A DNA stretch of 63,060 nucleotides, counting the filler, from Nemertoderma westbladi (lineage: Eukaryota > Animalia > Xenacoelomorpha): assembly GCA_032718475.1 (NCBI GenBank). It is 4 parts of 4 records of this genome, joined end to end, with 100 filler letters (N's around TTAATTAATTAA, not from the genome) between each part and the next. Parts side by side here need not be neighbours in the genome. Positions count along the whole stretch, not along the records: positions 50,199 to 58,418 come from JAUCBJ010005563.1; positions 58,519 to 63,060 come from JAUCBJ010006066.1; 2 more parts are not named here. One strand, written 5' to 3'. This document shows, one piece after another, positions 53,452 to 63,060 of this stretch. Within the stretch, counting starts at the first letter, position 1. Each line of letters opens with the position of its first letter. The notes under the pieces were generated by a model. That model did no database searches, was not told where the DNA came from, and was given only the letters and a program-made list of their open reading frames with translations. The position numbers and the translations under genes were made by a program.

Positions 53452-54736
53452 CTAAATGAGATAGTAAAATGTGTTAATAATAATAATATAACAATGAAAT
53501 ATTTCTACAATTACAGTACGTTGTCATATCCAATGAAATCTGAATATAAAATACTTAAGTAGGCCTATAATATTTTATCAAGATATTTTAAGATACAATA
53601 TATTTAAGGGGGGGGGGGGGTTAAGTTGAACTTGGTGAAAAAAATCATATTTTTTTATTTTTACATTAAGACTTAAATTTTATGGAGATTTCAAATCTTT
53701 ATGCGGTTTCGCAATATCACTTTTAGTTTTCGAGATATTGGTCTTTTTTCACTTGCACTTTTCGACACCATAACAAAATTGCAAATTCCAGAGCTTTGCC
53801 TAATTACGTCACTTTTAATTCTTGTTGGGTTTTTGAGTTCGGTGAAACCGATGCTAACACTTTAAAAAAATCTGACCAAGTCTTGAGGTTTTTTGCACTA
53901 CTATTCGTTCTATATCAAAATTTCAAACTGATGTTCAAACACACAGACTGACAGACACACAGCCTTTATTCCACCAAACATAAAAATTGTCATTGGAAAC
54001 GACCGACCCCGAAAACCTCAACGAAATATTTTTTAGATAGTCTATCATCCTTACTGCTGGACATTCTAAACTCACATTCTTTCATATTCACAGACAGTTT
54101 GCGCAGGGAGGTTAAAAAAACGACATTTTGATAACTTTTAGTCATAAAAATGTATCTCCTCCTTCAATCTATATCCGATTAAGGCTAATTATTTTTGTTT
54201 GAAAGCCCTGTCTCTCTTGAACAGATTCCTTAGATGAATTTTTGAATATCGGTCTAGTTCTCGAGAAAAGTTACCGTAGATTAAATCCTGTGTAGTTTAT
54301 AAAATGATAATTTCATGACTTCGTGTCACAAAGAGAGCAATAAAATCGTTTTGAAAAATAAATTTAAAAATTCCTCTAAGGTTTCTATAAAGGGATAGTA
54401 AGTGTACCTACAGTAGGCCTACTGCACTCACCAATTGTCAGACTGAAATACTCAAAATTGTAGGATGACATGCATTTTAAGTACGGACCTATCAAAATTT
54501 CGGGCAATTGGCTATTAGCCAATTAGAAGCGGGTATTTTTTAGTTGTGTGACCACGTAAATAAATGGAAAGCACGTCCAATTACCTTTCAAGAATATATA
54601 TATACATACGTATGTCCTAGTCTCCCATCTAGTATTATTGTGTATTTTCAAAAGGTACTGTATACATGTAGGTCGTTCCGATCCCCCCCCCCCCCCCCCC
54701 CCCCCCCCACTCTCTGTGAACTGTAGTACTGTATAC

Positions 54737-54970
54737 CTTGGCTCCAGAAAGTCGACCCTGGCAGCAGTCACCACGGTTGTAGAGTTCCACTCTATCGATC
54801 GCATGGGAGGTACCGAGGTCGACCCACCACCAATGGGGACCTACATAGTCCGTATGTGTGCAGGAGTTCCCATACCAGTTGCTGTCTGTGATGCCATCGT
54901 TACCGCGAGCGGGCGAACCGCCACCGTGTACCGAATCACTCCCAGTTGGTCGGCCGACAGCAATGTTTCC
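54737..54970 (-). CDS. F-type lectin (fucolectin) domain, penultimate exon
   Basis: ttattag|GGA AAC... encodes GNIAVGRPTGSDSVHGGGSPARGNDGITDSNWYGNSCTHTDYVGPHWWWVDLGTSHAIDRVELYNRGDCCQGRLSGAK, then |GTATAC. Exact match to the HX26RXDX4R fucose-binding motif. Confidence 0.93.
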
Positions 54971-55470
54971 CTAATAAATTTCGGTAAAGAACAATAAGTT
55001 TGAACTGTATTCGGTTATAACACCATATGGTGTCAGCAAATAAATAATGTATAGGCGTAACAACTGTAACTACTACTCTATAGCAAATACTATATGTACT
55101 ATAGCAAATATAAAAAAAAATTACAAAGTGTATATTGTATATCGTTCTACAGTATATACAATTAATTGTATATCGTATATCACTCACAGAACAGGTGATA
55201 TTCTCTGTATATTCCATTCTCGAACAGAGACAATAGTATATCACCCAGCTTAACTTTAACTATATTAACACTGGTAATACAAAATTCTAGAACTTAGACA
55301 TTCATTGCTGATTTAAGACATTGTACACAGGTGACGTTAATAATATTTAATAATTATATTGCCGAAAACATACTGACCCATGCGTACATGTGGTTCGTAT
55401 TCTTAGTTTGGAGCCCGGAGCTGGAGTTTCCCAAAAGCAGGAATAATAATATCAAACACATCGAGTAGGT

Positions 55471-56425
55471 GGAGTTATCATCACCCCATCATCATTATGA
55501 TGATCTAAGGACATGCGTAGAACATAGTCAACAACAATTATTAACAAGAATGGTGCAAGTGTGTCTCCCTGGAGGACGCCCCATAACACTTCAAATGGTT
55601 CTGTGTCACCGTCAACAGTAGACACAAATGTTGTCGAACCATCGTATACTGATCTGATTGCTGCAATAATTTCATCAGGAATCCCATATAATGAAAGTAT
55701 GCTGAACATACGTGGGCGAGAGACTGAATCAAAGGCCTTGAAGAAGTAAACAAAGATAACAGCCAGATGCCTGTCTTTCTTTTTTTGATAACTTTTTTTC
55801 AATTATCCTTCTAAGTGCCAAAATGGGCTCCATTGTCCCACGACCTTTACGGAACCCATTCTGATTTCCACGGAGCAGTCTCTCAATCCGGGCTCCAAGG
55901 GATCCCTGATGCGATTTAATAGAATTCTATTGTATAGCTTTGCAGCAATCGAGATCAATGAGATTCCCCGAAAAGAACCATAGAGTGTTGGGTTGCCTTT
56001 CTTGGGAACTGGCACCAACTTATTTGTTTTCATTTCTTGCGGGACTCTTGTTGTTCGGTACATGTCTACTATGATGGGATAGATGAGCTTTAAACACTCA
56101 GGTATTTTAAAGACCTCAGGGGGAACACCATCTACTCCACTGGCACGATTGGTCTTAATGCTCTTTGCAGCAGCCTTCACTTCTGCAAAGGAGATATCAC
56201 CAATGGGAATATCTGGGAGTACAGACTCAGACACGTTTACTTCTATAAAGTTATCAGGCAATACCCTGTCATTATTGAGGAGCTTTTCAAAGTGGGCCTT
56301 CCAACCATTGAGGCGATCGGCTGGTGATTCCGCCTTAACCTTGGTGGTTGGTTGGCTTTTTCGACCAGCAAGCAAGTTGATCGATCTCCATGCCTGGGAT
56401 GATTGCCTGCTGTCGTCAGCATCAT
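55471..56425 (-). mobile_element. RTE-clade LINE fragment, same family
   Basis: Nearly the same sequence as 39990-40935 on the opposite strand; frameshifted. Confidence 0.9.
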
Positions 56426-56800
56426 TTGTCGTGATAGTGTCGTGATGGTGTTGTGTTGATAGTGTCGTAATATAGGTACCCCCCCCCCCCCAAATTTTTC
56501 TACAAATCTTAATGAGATTGCATGAAATTTCAGAGATAGTTTCATCTCCCTCCTCCTTGCTGGGTGAGCCAGAATTTTTATGTTTTTTTTTATTTTTTAG
56601 CTACTTTTTTATTTTTTAGCTATTTTATTTTTTTGCTTTCAGACTATGTTTGAAAAAGGTTTCACCGGCAAAAAGTAAAAGTAAATTTATTTCTGCCGTT
56701 AGGCCAGGGATTACGCACAAGTCTGATAGGTTACCAGTGTGGTCCCTCCAGAGGAAACTCCAGTACTCATTCCAGTACTCATAAATAAACCCATGGTACG

Positions 56801-57230
56801 TCGAAACGTACCATGGCAATACATCGAAACGTACCATGGTAATATATCGAAACGTACCATGGTAATACATCGAAACGTACCATGGTAATACATCGAAACG
56901 TACCATGGTAATACATCGAAACGTACCATGGTAATACATCGAAGCGTACCATGGTAATACATCGAAGCGTACCATGTTAATACATCGAAACGTACCATGG
57001 TAATACATCGAAACGTAGCATGTTAATACATCGAAACGTACCATGGTAATACATCGAAACGTACCATGGTAATACATCGAAACGTACCATGTTAATACAT
57101 CGAAACATACCATGGTAATACATCGAAACGTACCATGCTAATACATCGAAACGTACCATGGTAATACATCGAAACGTATTATGTTAATACATCGAAACGT
57201 ACCATGTTAATACATCGAAACGTACCATGG
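56801..57230. repeat. 23-bp minisatellite, about 18 copies
   Basis: Unit acatcgaaacgtaccatggtaat. Confidence 0.95.
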
Positions 57231-58418
57231 GCATATTTATTTTTTCGTTAATATTGCTTTTATTGATTAAAATCACATATGAATTTGGTTGGGAAATAGC
57301 TGAGATATGGGTTTCGAAAGTTGCATGTATTTGCTTCCTTCAGTATGCAGACAATTTATTCTATTTAATAAATACACAATATTCTGGAACATATTGTTTA
57401 TCCCGTGCGTAGCTGGGCAACAATGCAAAGGCTCTATAATCACACTATTACGTAGATATTCATACATAAACTAAATGTTTTAGAACATGGTGTTTTTATT
57501 TAATAGAATAAAACAGCCTCGCGCAGTTGCAAAACCATGCAACTTTTGAACGCTCATATATCAGCTACTGTACTTGGAACGAAATTCAGATTGTTTTACA
57601 TATTTGGAATCCTTGCATAGCCAGATTTCTAAAAGTACGAACAAATCATTATTATGGTCGAAAATTTACTTCAGTGTAACTGGTGAAATATCGCCCGAAG
57701 TCACCTTTTTCAAACGCTTGTTTCTAAAAATTGAAAGCAAAATTAATTACATTATTAAAATTAATTACACCATTCAGAAACTCCACAAAAAGTAAAATAA
57801 GACAATATGACTTTGCTGGATTATGTGCCAATGTGTGCAATATGCGCTTCGAAAAAAGTATACCAAATTGAATTCACCGATTTTTCAACTCTAATTACAA
57901 CTAACTATCTGGATCTAAGGAATTACATACAGTATCAGATAATTTTGAAATTTTTGATTGATAACTTAATTTATTTATTTAATTTGTGCTCAAGTAGAGA
58001 TATTTTTTAATTAGGGATGACCGATGAGATGTTTAATGCTTATATGTACTCAGTTCTAATGATAAACATAATTATATACAAATGTAGATGTAATAGTTAT
58101 TATTCCAAAATTGTAAAATTACTCAACGCCGTTAGTATTAACAGCACGAGTTGTTATTTAGCACTTTACAACTTTTGAAGACATTACAGCATTGTATTGG
58201 CCTGTACATTTAGTATTGTATTTGGTGATAGTAGTTAAGTAATGTCCCGTTAGCGGACATTACTTAACGCCGTCATTGGTTACCACGTAAACAATAGGTG
58301 GTATTAGCCTGACAGCCAGATAGGCCTACTGCATTACCTACCGGTAGGCGGGGTGGCTATTAATAACCAGCTATTAAACAATTAACATGGCTCCAAACGC
58401 CAATGACTGCAACATATA

Positions 58419-58518
58419 NNNNNNNNNNNNNNNNNNNNNNNNNNNNNNNNNNNNNNNNNNNNTTAATTAATTAANNNNNNNNNNNNNNNNNNNNNNNNNN
58501 NNNNNNNNNNNNNNNNNN
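58419..58518. other. Artificial assembly linker
   Basis: Same 100-nt N44-TTAATTAATTAA-N44 pattern. Confidence 0.98.
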
Positions 58519-58657
58519 AGTCAAAAGACATAGTGGCTACCCTCTAAATAGTTGTGTTTGCATGTTCTTATCATAATAATCTCAAAAATAAGAAGTAGCA
58601 AGTCCATTTTATGCCCTCTACCCTCACTTTTGTAATCGTCATATTGCAGCGCGATTG

Positions 58658-61600
58658 GCCGCTTATTCCAGGTTGGGTCTGATTCAAGTTGAGCCACTTC
58701 TTGCAGTGCTACTGAGTCCATTTTAGGCTCATGAGAACCGCAATGGCCGATTTAGTTGGAGTGGAAACACGTTTCAGGCCCATGTCCTTATTACTTTTCG
58801 GTTTTGGTTATGGTTTTGGCTAAAAACTGAGAACTACGCATAGTTGCAAGGGAGTGGTGGACCTTGGGCGGCACCCCACATCAGGGTCCCGTACCGGTCC
58901 GGTACCTAGACCAGTACTACACGACCACTGTGGTGTAGTTGGTTGCGGTTATGGCTTTTTGTCTACTTACCTAGGCCTATTTTTGTATTTTTTTTATTGT
59001 AACATGTAAATATAAGCAACTGTATGTAGCAGTTGTCATAGCAACACAGTGGAAAACATTCTGGAACCTTTAATTGGCCTCAGCTACAAGTACAATACTG
59101 TTACTTTTAATAGGCATTTTCTTTTGCTACTTTAATTTGTATTGTATGATCTTGTTCAGCATAAGATACATTATAAATATTCCTAGTTGTATTGTTAGTA
59201 CTAGTGTTCTTTAATAAATATTTGCTATACAATACATGTTAAATATTATAATATAATGGGTGATGTTACTGATGTGTCCCCTTCAATGTCAGGAACCAAT
59301 GTTCCCCTCCATTCTTCCAGTTCCAGTATATACACACAAGAGCAGCAAGATCATGAGTTCTTAATTACACGAGCTGGACAATATCTTCGGGCAAATTTGG
59401 AAGATGAGACTATAGAAAGTCAGCCATCCATGCCGAGATCTCAAAATACTCGCTCAGTTAAAGACCATTCACTGAGATGCAAAAATCACTACCAAAAGAA
59501 AGAGACCACTATTAAAAATTGTGAGGACTGTATTACAATTCCTTCATTAGATTGCCTTCCCAATGGAAAGCTACCGACGTCTGCACAAGTAATTGGATTA
59601 ACCTTAGATGCGAAGCGCGATCACAATAATCACTCAGTTGCTATAAATGAGGTTGTATCCCGACTAATGTTGCATTGGGTATACTGTAATGTATATACAA
59701 AAACAAGAAAAAGTACCCATGACAAATTAGAAGGCATCCTTAAGGAATATCATTACCTGAAATCATATCCAATGACCAAAAGGAAAATGACATACTGGAA
59801 ACGGTTTAGCGAGTATTTGGTTGTATCCAAGCATTTATTCGACATTAAGTGTGATGTGTCACGTAGAAAACACCAAGAGAAAATTTGGGGTGTTGCTATG
59901 ACAGAGGAAGATGAACTTTTCTACCGAAATCAATGTGATCAGCCTCAAATAGGTTACTGTACATCCTTTGTAAGTAGACAGTGGGCTATATATAATGAAC
60001 GAAAGTCCAAAGATGTAATTCGGAGAACCATTGCCCTAGACAAATCTAGACACGAGATTGAAAGGCTAGAACCAATAGATTGGCGCTCCGTTGATTATAG
60101 CAGCACTGAAAGCAGCTGTAGTAATGATGAAGGGGATGAGGTACTACCTCCACCCAAAAAGGCAAGGTTGTACCAATTCGATGAAATACATGACAATCCG
60201 ACTGATAATTTGCCGCATAATTTTAGGCATATTCGTAGAGGGCCTAGGTCTGTCAGGCCAGAGATATACACAGTAATGCATAAAATGTCTGCAGAACTGC
60301 ATATGAGCCAGTCTCAAATTGAAGGCTCTATTATAAATGTGGCCAATATTCTTTTTGGTCGAGAGTGGAAGACCTATAGTGTTGAACAACCAACAACCAT
60401 AGACACTTTACCAAATATGAGTAATCTAAGAAGGACAGAGCCATATATGGAAGCCATGACCTTAAGTGCCATCGTTGAAGAAATGATGGAAGGCAACAGT
60501 GCAGTGATTACATATTCAAACGATGGTTCTGCAATGAGCGGTGTTGGGAAATATATAGTTCAGTCACTGACCATTAATGGAACACAACGGGCCCTTCCAA
60601 CATTGGGAATCTTCAGTGAAACACGGGAGAGCTTGAAAGACTTAGAGATTACTACCTTAAAAATTCTTTCAGCCTCTGTAGGTCATCGCTATTCAGAGCA
60701 AGATATCCTTAGAAAGATTTCGTTTGTAATGTCTGACAGTGTATCACATAACTTACAAGTAATCGAACAGGTATGCCTTGAAATGGGAGTTGATGAAGTC
60801 CCATCGACAATATTATGTAATGTACATCCACTTATGATGTTTCAATCAAAGATTAAAGAACTTTGTCAAGAAATGTCTGATGCACTTGGAAGGAGAAAAA
60901 TTAAAGATTGTTTTTTGGTTGATGTCGACTTACAACATGAATCGTTTGTGATCAAAGCCATTAAATGCTTGTCAAATTTTATTAACAAAGACTACTCAGC
61001 CAAGCCCTGGAACAAACAGGGCCATTTTGAGTCATTCATCAAACCAAAGGTTAATATGTCACTATCATTAAAGGACCACCGCTTCAATCGTTTAAGTGAT
61101 TGTTGCTTAGCTCTCGTCTATCATATTGATGATATTGCAAACTATTTAGAGAGATTCTCAAGCATTATGAATAATATATCCATCTTAGACCGGGGCTTTG
61201 TTGAAATGGAAATACTTAAGCCTATATTCTGTGCTATTTCCTTATTGGGAATTCATATAACTAGACCATTCCATAAGCTCCTAATGAATAAAGAAACAAC
61301 ACATTCCACATTGCTTCAAAGTTTCCCAAAGCTGTTCAATGATCTGACTACTATACCAGCTAAGAGATTCATAGGTGTTTCACAAGTATGTACATTCATT
61401 AGTGGTTCCACATTTGAGGAAGCTCTTCCAACTAAATGTCTCTTAGATGCACTAATTGAAACCTGTCAAGAATACACTGAAGAAATAGAAGATCTTATTT
61501 CATTATGTCTGAAGAAATTTTCGACTGGATTTGAGAAACAAAAGGGCAAAATATATGGATTTGGTGAACGTATTAATGATGACACAGGAACAATCCTTCA

Positions 61601-62908
61601 GGTACATAAACTTAGTGAAGAAAAACTTAATTCTCTAAATAAAGCAGTCATACATAATATTGGTGAAGAGCGAAGTGTAGGCTTTATAAACTATGAGCTT
61701 GGAATCAGAGGAAAGCAAAACCTAGAATCCACTTCACGTAAAATGGTACTGAACAAGAGTTTCGATCTAATTAGTCAATCTGATACCAATAAATATCTAA
61801 TGTACCGAAAAGAAGCCCTTGAAATTAAAGACCACAAAATGAACTGGAATAAGAAAATGGTGAAACTCCAAGAGAAAGGATATAGTGAAAAAGAGGCGCT
61901 AAATATTCAACGTGAAGCTTCAAAGCTTGGTGATCTATCATATTTGAAGACACAAAAACCTCCTGGCCCATTCACTACTTCAGAAGAGGTGAAATCATTT
62001 ATGGCTTCATGTGTAGATAGCAGAGAAAAGAACAATCGTATCTACAGAGAAGTAAGGTATGCTAGGATAACTTCAATATCACTTAAGGAGACTGCATCAG
62101 TTTTTCGGTTGAAGAAGGATGGTAAGAATCTGGCTACATGTGACTATGCAGACAATATTTGCCATTATCTTGATGAGTCTCTCAGTGCATCTACAATCAC
62201 CATAGCAGATCTCCACAATGTACTAAGATGTTTAAAAGGTCTAACACTAGACAACTCGACAGCTACAGAGACTGTTGAAGATGTAGTGCCTTGTTCTGGA
62301 GAAAGCAAGCTTGATGTAGGGGAGCACATTGCAGCCTTTTGGAGTGAGGACTGTCATGGCCTAGAATGGTACCTGGGGGTTGTTGATAAGGTCACACCAG
62401 ATGGCAAGATTTTAATATCCTATTTAAAGCAATCGGATAAAGAAGGGTGTAGTTGGGTTTACCCTGAGGAGGCAGAAGTTCGAGAAACTAGTGAGGAGCA
62501 GCTACTTAGTGTAGGACTTCAAGTTTCATATCATTGTACAACCAGGATAAGATGTACCATTGATAAAACTGTTGTAAATAAGATTAACGAAAAGTTGAAT
62601 AGAATCAGAGAATGTTAAAATTATATTAAATAACGGTATTATTTGGTGTTTTTACTAAAATGTTTTGTTTTTATGATGGTTTAAAAGATGCTTTATAATT
62701 ATAGTTGATACAATAAGGAATCATTTTCAATATGGTCGGCAAAATAATGTTATCATAACCAAAACCGAAAAGTAGTAACGATATGGGTCTGAAACATGTT
62801 TCCACCCCAACTAAATCGACCATTGCGGTTCCAATGAGCCTAAAACGGACTCAGTAGCTCTGCTAGAAGTGGCTCAACTAGAATTAGACCCTACCTGTAC
62901 TAAGCGGC
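58658..62908 (+). mobile_element. DNA transposon with ~155-bp imperfect terminal inverted repeats
   Basis: 58658-58812 (gccgcttattccagg...ttttcggttttggttatg) is the approximate reverse complement of 62754-62908 (cataaccaaaaccgaaaa...taagcggc). No clear target-site duplication. Confidence 0.85.
59256..62618 (+). CDS. Putative DDE transposase, 1120 aa, intronless; superfamily unassigned
   Basis: Long uninterrupted ORF between inverted repeats. Candidate catalytic motifs YSNDGS, FVMSDS and HNIGEERSV, with a CxxH (CNVH) motif and a C-terminal Tudor/SH3-like module (VGEHIAAFW...WYLGVV...WVYP). Confidence 0.75.
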   Translation: MGDVTDVSPSMSGTNVPLHSSSSSIYTQEQQDHEFLITRAGQYLRANLEDETIESQPSMPRSQNTRSVKDHSLRCKNHYQKKETTIKNCEDCITIPSLDCLPNGKLPTSAQVIGLTLDAKRDHNNHSVAINEVVSRLMLHWVYCNVYTKTRKSTHDKLEGILKEYHYLKSYPMTKRKMTYWKRFSEYLVVSKHLFDIKCDVSRRKHQEKIWGVAMTEEDELFYRNQCDQPQIGYCTSFVSRQWAIYNERKSKDVIRRTIALDKSRHEIERLEPIDWRSVDYSSTESSCSNDEGDEVLPPPKKARLYQFDEIHDNPTDNLPHNFRHIRRGPRSVRPEIYTVMHKMSAELHMSQSQIEGSIINVANILFGREWKTYSVEQPTTIDTLPNMSNLRRTEPYMEAMTLSAIVEEMMEGNSAVITYSNDGSAMSGVGKYIVQSLTINGTQRALPTLGIFSETRESLKDLEITTLKILSASVGHRYSEQDILRKISFVMSDSVSHNLQVIEQVCLEMGVDEVPSTILCNVHPLMMFQSKIKELCQEMSDALGRRKIKDCFLVDVDLQHESFVIKAIKCLSNFINKDYSAKPWNKQGHFESFIKPKVNMSLSLKDHRFNRLSDCCLALVYHIDDIANYLERFSSIMNNISILDRGFVEMEILKPIFCAISLLGIHITRPFHKLLMNKETTHSTLLQSFPKLFNDLTTIPAKRFIGVSQVCTFISGSTFEEALPTKCLLDALIETCQEYTEEIEDLISLCLKKFSTGFEKQKGKIYGFGERINDDTGTILQVHKLSEEKLNSLNKAVIHNIGEERSVGFINYELGIRGKQNLESTSRKMVLNKSFDLISQSDTNKYLMYRKEALEIKDHKMNWNKKMVKLQEKGYSEKEALNIQREASKLGDLSYLKTQKPPGPFTTSEEVKSFMASCVDSREKNNRIYREVRYARITSISLKETASVFRLKKDGKNLATCDYADNICHYLDESLSASTITIADLHNVLRCLKGLTLDNSTATETVEDVVPCSGESKLDVGEHIAAFWSEDCHGLEWYLGVVDKVTPDGKILISYLKQSDKEGCSWVYPEEAEVRETSEEQLLSVGLQVSYHCTTRIRCTIDKTVVNKINEKLNRIREC

Positions 62909-63060
62909 TGATAGACCTTTCACATATCGTAAGGTAGACACCCCAAGACAACATGGCTACCTCAAATTTTTTACTTCAGGCAGCTATGTATGTCCATACA
63001 CAACATTTAAAGTGGTAGCAAACAGATATTCATGGTTTTCAAACTTTAACATCTCCCCCT

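Noticed and set aside
19247-63060. LRR receptors, lectin and transposase as one linked system (e.g. rearranging receptors)
   Set aside because: They lie on pieces separated by artificial linkers, and no recombination signals or partial LRR cassettes were seen.

Overview
AT-rich eukaryotic (invertebrate-like) genomic DNA in four pieces, joined by three artificial 100-nt linkers (N44-TTAATTAATTAA-N44), so adjacency across the linkers is unproven. Piece 1 (1-19146) has two internal exons of a divergent beta-tubulin gene on the minus strand. Their 15-kb intron is filled by about 300 tandem copies of the downstream exon's own first codons plus its 3' splice site, so nearly every junction reads CAG|GTATC. 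Piece 2 (19247-50098) has two tandem paralogous spliced genes encoding an unusual kinase-less, TIR-less receptor-like protein: signal peptide, plant-type LRRs, Cys-rich region and about 10-11 TM segments. It also has two intronic minisatellites, tRNA-derived SINE-like copies, a nested RTE LINE, a MITE and back-to-back perfect palindromes. Piece 3 (50199-58418) has the last two exons of an F-type lectin (fucolectin) domain gene missed by the ORF track, an RTE fragment and a 23-bp repeat. Piece 4 (58519-63060) is an apparently intact DNA transposon: a 1120-aa intronless DDE-like ORF between ~155-bp imperfect terminal inverted repeats. All calls are by eye; no database searches were run.
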